Assembly: GCA_964510165.1 (NCBI GenBank)
Contig: CAZEBC010000038.1
Coordinates: 11,850 to 25,658 of the forward strand
Length of the DNA: 13,809 nucleotides
Source: an uncultured bacterium
GTDB taxonomy: Bacteria > Abyssobacteria > SURF-5
Reading direction: 5' to 3'
The notes under the pieces: model-generated
What the model was told of the DNA's origin: nothing
Database searches by the model: none
Seen by the model: only the letters and a program-made list of their open reading frames with translations
Shown: positions 8,573-13,809 of the stretch, one piece after another
How positions within the stretch are numbered: position 1 is the stretch's first letter
Layout: each line of letters opens with the position of its first letter
Made by a program: the position numbers and the translations under genes

Positions 8573-11500
8573 CGTCGTGGGTGTCTCTCTCGCAGGAATC
8601 GCATACCAGGTCAAACGAGCACGTGGTGCAATGGTACGCCGTCTTCGGATTCGGCGAAAACACGCCGCTCTCAATCTGGCTGACGACCGCCTTTATGGTT
8701 TCTTCGACCGTGTTCATCTCTTCATCCGACAACTCGGCAACTCCGCCACCAACCTCAAGCAAACCTTTCTTGAACATCTCCCTTGAATCTTCCTGCGCAA
8801 GCCAGTAGTATGTGAGTTGGGCCACAGTGTGCCCCAGATTTCGGGCCGCAAGCAGATACAGGGGAAGCTGGAAATCCTGTGGCGCGTAATCCGGCTTCCC
8901 ATCGAGGTTGAGGAACTTTTTCTTGATGGACGCTGCGCCCTGCACCCCCTGGCCCGATGTCTTGTAGTCGATTACCACGGCTCCGTTGGGCGAGGAATCA
9001 ATCCTGTCGATTTTCGCCCGGAATGGATATTCTCCCACGGAGAAACTGACCAGTTGTTCACAGGCCAGCACTTCTCTGCCGGACGCCTGCGCCAGTTCGG
9101 TGCGCAGATATCGTGTCAGGATTTCCTGCGCGCGCCGTTCGATGGCCGCCCTCGGGAGCGCGGTTGGGAACTGGCGGAAGAACGGTTTCTCGCCGGCCTG
9201 CGCGTCTCCCCTCCATATCCGCATGAAGATGGAGAGCAGTTTCGCTTCAAGCGTTTTATCATCATGACGGAGCGTCTTGACTTCTCTATGGAAGTCCTCA
9301 AGGACCCTGTGAATGAGTTGGCCCAGCCCGAAATCTTCGGGTCGCTCCGGCACGATTCTCAACAGATTCTCAAAGAAGAACTTGCGCGGACAGGACAGAT
9401 AAGAAGACAGTTGGCTTGCACTGTAAACGTGCCCGGCAAGATTCAGCGGGGTCTTCGGCTCCGGTTCAAACGGATTTTCGGAACAGATGAAATCGGCGTC
9501 AAGACCGAGCGATACAAGGAAATCAAACAGGTTCATCCGTACCCGTCGGTCCAGTGGCCGGACACACGCGCGCAGATTGCTCTCTATTTCGTGCGCGACA
9601 AACGAGGACCTGATCAGGTCCTCCGCCTTCATGGGCCAGGCAGCCGTTTCGGAGGCGGGCGGTGATAACTCCCCGACCATCTCGTCCAAGAAGGGAGAAG
9701 GTTCGGCCTGTTCGGAAAATGAGGATTCCTTTGTGAAGGAGACGGCAAGCCTCCGACTCGGGCGGGTGACGGCGACATAGGCCAGGTGTCGTTCTTCTTT
9801 GAGTTGCTGTTCGGGAGTCAAGAGCAGCGGAAGGCTTGCGGCTGCGGATGAGAATGCCGAAGAAAGCCGCCCGAGCGAAGCCCCGTCCAGAAGGCCCGAA
9901 CTCCGCCCGAGCGAGGGAAAATGCTCATCGGTAAAGTCAACCAGAAAGACGAAAGGAAACTCAAGCCCTTTCGCCTGGTGTATCGTCATGAGCCTAACCC
10001 CATCGCCGCACTCATCGGCCGGATCGTTCTCCCGCTCGGACGCGAAATGCGCGAACGCATGTTCCATATATTCGGCTATTTCCGTTAAAGCGTATCGTCC
10101 GCGCAGTCCGCCGAAGACCTCTTCGATCTCGGTAACCACGTCGTAGAGCAGGCGCAGGTTGCGAGCGTCCCGAACTCCTGCCGGCCTGTCCTTACTCGTC
10201 ACGATATCGCCATAGAACAATCTGCGCATGACCGACTGAAGGATGCCTGAAGGGCACTTCGTCTTGGCTGCGGCCTCGCGGACTTCTTCGAAGTACCGGA
10301 TGAATTCCGTCAGCGCCTGCCGGACATCCTCACCGATCTTAAGTGTCGTGCCCGTCAGGAGCGCGTCCTTGAGTACCCTGTATAGCCCATGAACGTGCTC
10401 GGCTTCCAATTGGTTGACCAGTCTGCGCAAGCCGATAGAATCAATCCCGAATGCCGGGATGCCGAGCACCCGCAAGAGGAGCCGGTCATCGTCAGGGTTC
10501 ACGAGCAGCTTCAGGAAATCCGCGGTCGAACGGACCATCGGATGTTTGTAGAAGCTCGCCGAACTAAATGACACATAGGGAATTCGGTAGTATCGGAACG
10601 CTTCCTCCAAAGCAAAGGCAGAGCGCGAAGCGCTTCGGCAGAGGACGGCAAAGTCGGAATAACGCGCCGAAGGCGCGTCGGCGCCCGAAACGATGCGCAG
10701 GATTTGGCGGGCGATCCCGTACGCCTGCTCGATGGAATCCTCATATTGAGTGATCACGACATCGGTTCCGCATGTGACGGGGGCCGTCTCCCCTGCCCCA
10801 TGATTGAACCCGATGAGGTTTGAGGACGCGGCCTGAACCATGGAGGGAAGCCGGTGATTCTCCTCAAGCTCGAACACATCTGCTTTCTTCTTCGTCTTCG
10901 AGATTTCCGAGAATTGGCCGGTCATGCTTCCCCGGAATCGGAATATCCGCTGGTTTTCGTCACCGGCGACGAAGAGGGAGGCTGGTCCCGAGGCAAGCAA
11001 CGTCAGAAGCCGGAACTGCGCGGGGTCTGTTTCCTGGAATTCATCGACGAGTATGTGGACAAACTTCTCTCGCCAGCGTCGCAAAGACTCGGGGTCCGAC
11101 TCAAACAGGTCCACCAGATGGGCGACTGCGTCACGTAAGCCGACCCAGTTGTTTTGCTTCAAGAGCTTCTCATACGAGCTGTAGAGGCGGGCCAGGTCTC
11201 TCAAACGCGGAGTCAGCTTTTTCGCCGCCTTCTCAAGGTCAATATCGCCAATGCGGTTCTGTTTCAGCAACCCAATGAAATCGGAGACCTCGCGGGCCAG
11301 TCCGTCCTTGTGGGCAACCGTGCCGAGTTCGCTTTCGTAGCGGATATCGTGTTGGCCGAGCAGTTCCTTGATGACAAGGTATTCCTTGAACGGCGACAGG
11401 TAGACTGGCTGCGCCGAACTCGCGGAAATCGAGTAATGCTCGTTTAGGACATTGGCGGCGAAAGAGTGAAACGTATGGATGGGGGCCTCATCGTAGCTCG

Positions 11501-11720
11501 TGCCGACAAGCGCCTCGATGACGCGGCGAAGCCGAGCCGCCGCTGCGGAAGAAAAAGTCAGGAGGAGTATGGATGACAAGGGCACTCGTCCGACGGTGAC
11601 GAGGCGCTGGAATCGGCGGGTCAAGACAAAAGTCTTGCCCGTCCCTGGCCCGCCAGATACGATAACCAGGTCGGCGTTTGATTCGACTGCCTGGCGCTGT
11701 CTTCTATCCAATTCCATCAT
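8565..11720 (-). CDS. adnA: ATP-dependent DNA helicase-nuclease, AdnA-like subunit (UvrD/SF1A motor + C-terminal PD-(D/E)XK nuclease), ~1051 aa
   Basis: GGPGTGKT, LLTFS, TFHSFA, DEFQE, GDENQRIFRFRG, LEENHR, TIHQAKGLEF, YVAVTR; nuclease YSAS..CP, AKIDRID, VIDYKT, QLPLY, CTTCSFDLVC. Start could be ATG 11720, ATG 11717 or TTG 11735. The symbol is inferred. Confidence 0.85.
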   Translation of the reverse strand: MMELDRRQRQAVESNADLVIVSGGPGTGKTFVLTRRFQRLVTVGRVPLSSILLLTFSSAAAARLRRVIEALVGTSYDEAPIHTFHSFAANVLNEHYSISASSAQPVYLSPFKEYLVIKELLGQHDIRYESELGTVAHKDGLAREVSDFIGLLKQNRIGDIDLEKAAKKLTPRLRDLARLYSSYEKLLKQNNWVGLRDAVAHLVDLFESDPESLRRWREKFVHILVDEFQETDPAQFRLLTLLASGPASLFVAGDENQRIFRFRGSMTGQFSEISKTKKKADVFELEENHRLPSMVQAASSNLIGFNHGAGETAPVTCGTDVVITQYEDSIEQAYGIARQILRIVSGADAPSARYSDFAVLCRSASRSAFALEEAFRYYRIPYVSFSSASFYKHPMVRSTADFLKLLVNPDDDRLLLRVLGIPAFGIDSIGLRRLVNQLEAEHVHGLYRVLKDALLTGTTLKIGEDVRQALTEFIRYFEEVREAAAKTKCPSGILQSVMRRLFYGDIVTSKDRPAGVRDARNLRLLYDVVTEIEEVFGGLRGRYALTEIAEYMEHAFAHFASERENDPADECGDGVRLMTIHQAKGLEFPFVFLVDFTDEHFPSLGRSSGLLDGASLGRLSSAFSSAAASLPLLLTPEQQLKEERHLAYVAVTRPSRRLAVSFTKESSFSEQAEPSPFLDEMVGELSPPASETAAWPMKAEDLIRSSFVAHEIESNLRACVRPLDRRVRMNLFDFLVSLGLDADFICSENPFEPEPKTPLNLAGHVYSASQLSSYLSCPRKFFFENLLRIVPERPEDFGLGQLIHRVLEDFHREVKTLRHDDKTLEAKLLSIFMRIWRGDAQAGEKPFFRQFPTALPRAAIERRAQEILTRYLRTELAQASGREVLACEQLVSFSVGEYPFRAKIDRIDSSPNGAVVIDYKTSGQGVQGAASIKKKFLNLDGKPDYAPQDFQLPLYLLAARNLGHTVAQLTYYWLAQEDSREMFKKGLLEVGGGVAELSDEEMNTVEETIKAVVSQIESGVFSPNPKTAYHCTTCSFDLVCDSCERDTHDDV

Positions 11721-11749
11721 GCGCAATTCAAACAAAGCCCTTGAACCTC

Positions 11750-11779
11750 ATCCTAGCACAGCGCGGCACATGGCCGCAA
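11750..11779 (-). promoter_or_regulatory. Candidate promoter for the adnAB-like pair
   Basis: Minus strand TTGCGG-N18-TAGGAT with TGTG extension (TGTGcTAGGAT), 30 nt upstream of ATG 11720. Confidence 0.4.
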
Positions 11780-11785
11780 CCGAAG

Positions 11786-11831
11786 CCCCTCTCCCTGCCC
11801 TCTCCCGGTGGGAGAGGGTTGGGTGAGGGGG
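11786..11831. repeat. Imperfect palindromic extragenic repeat (REP/BoxC-like CCCTCTCCC...GGGAGAGGG)
   Basis: CCCCTCTCCC-TG-CCCTCTCCC-GGT-GGGAGAGGG-TT-GGGTGAGGGGG: perfect 9-bp inner stem, 10-bp outer stem with one mismatch; pyrimidine-rich half followed by purine-rich half. Confidence 0.8.
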
Positions 11832-11914
11832 AAAACGACAGAAATGTGTGATTCTCAGGATGAGAGGCACAGCAGGTACAGAGTGTCAACGAAGGTTTTC
11901 TGGCAGCGCGCACG

Positions 11915-11923
11915 TGATATAAT
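11915..11923 (+). promoter_or_regulatory. Extended -10 promoter element for the acyl-CoA dehydrogenase gene
   Basis: TGaTATAAT, a consensus extended -10, 46 nt upstream of GTG 11970; no clear -35. Confidence 0.6.
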
Positions 11924-11969
11924 GAGAGTTGTCAATCAAGACCACGTCAGAAAGTTACGGAGCGAGAAC

Positions 11970-13091
11970 GTGAGCCAGAGTCTGGAAGAATTGCGAGCGC
12001 GAATTCGGAGCTTTGTCGAGGCCGAGGTGGAGCCGTTCTCAAACGAAATCGAGGAGACCGACTCGATCCCCGCCGCTCTCGCCAGAAAGATAGCCGAGGC
12101 CGGGCTGCACGGGATGGCCGTTCCCAGGGAATACGGGGGAATGGGTCTGGGCGTGCTTGAGATGTGCGTCGCGTTCGAGGAACTATCGCGCGTCAACCAA
12201 TCGGTGGTCCGATTTGTCGGCGGTTCTGTCACAGGGCTGGCCCAGTTCGGCACGGACCATCTCAAGCAGAAGTACTTCCCGCGTATCGCGCGAGGCGAAT
12301 CGCGAGCTGACTTTGTCCTGACCGAGCCCGAGGCCGGCAGCGACGCCGCCAACATCAAGACGCGCGCCGAACGACGCGGCGACTGCTATTATCTCAACGG
12401 CGTGAAGCACATGATCTCGAACGGCAGCGTCAACGACCTGCACCTCGTGTTCGCCGTCACCGACTCCGAGAAGGGCGCCCACGGCGGAATCAGCGCGTTC
12501 GTGGTGGAGCGGAATTTCCCCGGCTTTTCGGTGGATGCCGTCCAGCCGAAGATGGGACTGAGAGGAATGCCGACCGCGCGCCTCAGATTCGAGGACTGCC
12601 GCGTTCCAATTGAAAACATCGTGGGCGAGGAGGGACAGGGGTTTCTGGTTGCGATGGGCGGGCTTGACGCCGGCCGGCTCCAGTTCATTGGAGCGGTGGC
12701 GGTCGGCGCGTCACAGAAACTGCTGGAACTCTCGATCGAGCACGCGCAGAATCGCAAGCAATTCGGCCAGCGTATCGGGAACTTCCAGGCGATCCAATGG
12801 ATGCTGGCCGACATGGCGACCGACATCCACGCGGCCCGTCTGATGGTTCACGACGCAGCGCGAAAGCTCGACGAGGGCGAGCGTATCACGCTTGAGTCTT
12901 CCATGGTGAAGGTGTTCACATCCGAGATGGCATGGCGCGTCGCCGACAAGGCCGTCCAGATACACGGCGCACTCGGCCTTGTGAAAGGCTCGCCCGTCGA
13001 GCGCTTCTACCGCGACGCCCGCCTGGGCCGCATCTGGGATGGCACGTCCGAGATTCAGCGCTACATCATCGCGCGCATGCTTCTCGGCTGA
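11970..13091 (+). CDS. Acyl-CoA dehydrogenase family protein (373 aa)
   Basis: VPREYGGMG, LTEPEAGSD, LNGVKHMISNG, KMGLRG, RKQFGQRIGNFQAIQWMLADM, AVQIHG, ERFYRDAR, IWDGTSEIQR. GTG start with GGAG 7 nt upstream, downstream of the TATAAT box. Confidence 0.95.
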   Translation: MSQSLEELRARIRSFVEAEVEPFSNEIEETDSIPAALARKIAEAGLHGMAVPREYGGMGLGVLEMCVAFEELSRVNQSVVRFVGGSVTGLAQFGTDHLKQKYFPRIARGESRADFVLTEPEAGSDAANIKTRAERRGDCYYLNGVKHMISNGSVNDLHLVFAVTDSEKGAHGGISAFVVERNFPGFSVDAVQPKMGLRGMPTARLRFEDCRVPIENIVGEEGQGFLVAMGGLDAGRLQFIGAVAVGASQKLLELSIEHAQNRKQFGQRIGNFQAIQWMLADMATDIHAARLMVHDAARKLDEGERITLESSMVKVFTSEMAWRVADKAVQIHGALGLVKGSPVERFYRDARLGRIWDGTSEIQRYIIARMLLG

Positions 13092-13098
13092 ACCCATT

Positions 13099-13128
13099 CG
13101 GCGAGCAGCCTGTCGCCGTTTTCTGTTT
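13099..13128 (+). terminator. Candidate intrinsic terminator after the acyl-CoA dehydrogenase gene
   Basis: CGGCGA-gcagcctg-TCGCCG GC-rich stem followed by TTTTCTGTTT, 7 nt after the stop codon. Confidence 0.55.
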
Positions 13129-13152
13129 GTGGGCAAAGGAGGGAATCAGGAC

Positions 13153-13617
13153 ATGGGCAAATACATAATCATCGCGATAGTGATAGTGATCGCGCTCGTT
13201 GTGGGGCTCAGGCTTTTTCTCGGCGAGGAAACTCCCGAGGACCGGTTTCTGAAGAGCGTGCTACAGGGAGACATTGACGCGGTCGAATCTTCCTTGCAAG
13301 CGGGCATCAACCAGAACGCGAAAGACCGGCGCGGCCGGACAGCGATTATGATAGCCGCCGAGACAGGTCAATACGACATGGCGAGAATGTTGCTTGAAAG
13401 AGGGGCCGATCCGAATGCCAGGAACAACCAGGGCCTGACGGCGTTGATGTATGCAGCCCAGAGAGGCCAGACCGACATTGCCAAGCTACTACTTGCCAAG
13501 GGCGCCGATGTCAATGCGCGAAACGACGCCGGAAAGACAGCCTTGTCTCTGGCCAAGCAAAAGGCGGGCAATGAAACGATGATAGAATTCCTGATGATGG
13601 CCGGCGGCAAGGACTAA
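13153..13617 (+). CDS. Ankyrin repeat protein with N-terminal membrane anchor/signal peptide (154 aa)
   Basis: AAGGAGG RBS; MGKYIIIAIVIVIALVVGL hydrophobic N-terminus; repeats GRTAIMIAA..GADPN, GLTALMYAA..GADVN, GKTALSLA, plus a partial N-terminal repeat. Confidence 0.9.
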   Translation: MGKYIIIAIVIVIALVVGLRLFLGEETPEDRFLKSVLQGDIDAVESSLQAGINQNAKDRRGRTAIMIAAETGQYDMARMLLERGADPNARNNQGLTALMYAAQRGQTDIAKLLLAKGADVNARNDAGKTALSLAKQKAGNETMIEFLMMAGGKD

Positions 13618-13636
13618 GCAGGGGAGCCACCACGCC

Positions 13637-13809
13637 GTGGGAAATGCGGACGAAACCAGGACGATTGCGGTGGCCGAAATCCTCACCGAGGTCAATTCGT
13701 TCTCCCCGGTGAAAACCACCCGGCGGGATTTTGAGGCGAGATGCCTGCTGTATGGCGAGGAAATAATCCCGGTCGCGAGAAAGCACAAATTCGAACTTGG
13801 CGGATTCCT
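13637..13809 (+). CDS. Probable MlrC-like / M81 family metallopeptidase, N-terminal fragment (runs off the window)
   Basis: My translation from GTG 13637 (GGGGAG upstream): MGNADETRTIAVAEILTEVNSFSPVKTTRRDFEARCLLYGEEIIPVARKHKFELGGF. It resembles the MlrC N-terminal pattern (IA....ETNxFSP..T...DF...GEE...E.GGF). Only 57 codons are visible. Confidence 0.65.
   Translation, partial: MGNADETRTIAVAEILTEVNSFSPVKTTRRDFEARCLLYGEEIIPVARKHKFELGGF

Noticed and set aside
8573..8674. Arg-rich N-terminal extension of the AdnB-like ORF
   Set aside because: It overlaps the Cys-containing tail of the upstream gene; the coupled start at 8572 sits just before the Q motif.
5447..9430. Cas4-like nuclease domains as evidence of CRISPR-Cas or an anti-phage system
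   Set aside because: No repeat-spacer array, cas genes, methyltransferase or other defence genes are present; fusion to UvrD motors in a tandem pair fits housekeeping end resection better.
5714..9665. Plus-strand ORFs of 394, 328 and 282 aa
   Set aside because: They lie almost entirely antisense to the well-supported helicase-nuclease genes and show no domain motifs.
11786..11831. Palindrome as an intrinsic terminator
   Set aside because: It lies between divergent gene starts, where no gene ends, and no U-tract follows the stem in a useful orientation.
11808..11969. N-terminal extension of the acyl-CoA dehydrogenase
   Set aside because: It begins inside the palindrome and spans the TATAAT box; GTG 11970 has an RBS and gives a typical family length.
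11721..11969. SOS/LexA box upstream of the repair genes
   Set aside because: I could not find a convincing match to the LexA boxes I know (CTGT-N8-ACAG, GAAC-N4-GTTC); a lineage-specific box cannot be excluded.

Overview
High-GC bacterial chromosomal window with two divergent blocks. On the minus strand, a tandem pair of ~1050-aa UvrD/SF1A helicase + PD-(D/E)XK nuclease genes (AdnA/AdnB-like resection enzyme) precedes a complete branched-chain amino acid-type ABC importer (livK-H-M-G-F). These are followed by a GT-C-like membrane glycosyltransferase that runs off the left edge and is missing from the ORF track. On the plus strand are an acyl-CoA dehydrogenase, a membrane-anchored ankyrin protein and the start of an MlrC/M81-like metallopeptidase (right edge, also missing from the track). 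The divergent spacer holds a CCCTCTCCC/GGGAGAGGG palindromic repeat with G-quadruplex potential and two candidate extended -10 promoters. Most notable: both helicase-nuclease subunits keep the four-Cys Fe-S pattern and near-complete motor motifs, and the dehydrogenase has Asp at the usual catalytic Glu position. No RNA genes, transposases or CRISPR arrays were seen. All calls rest on motif recognition by eye; no searches were run.
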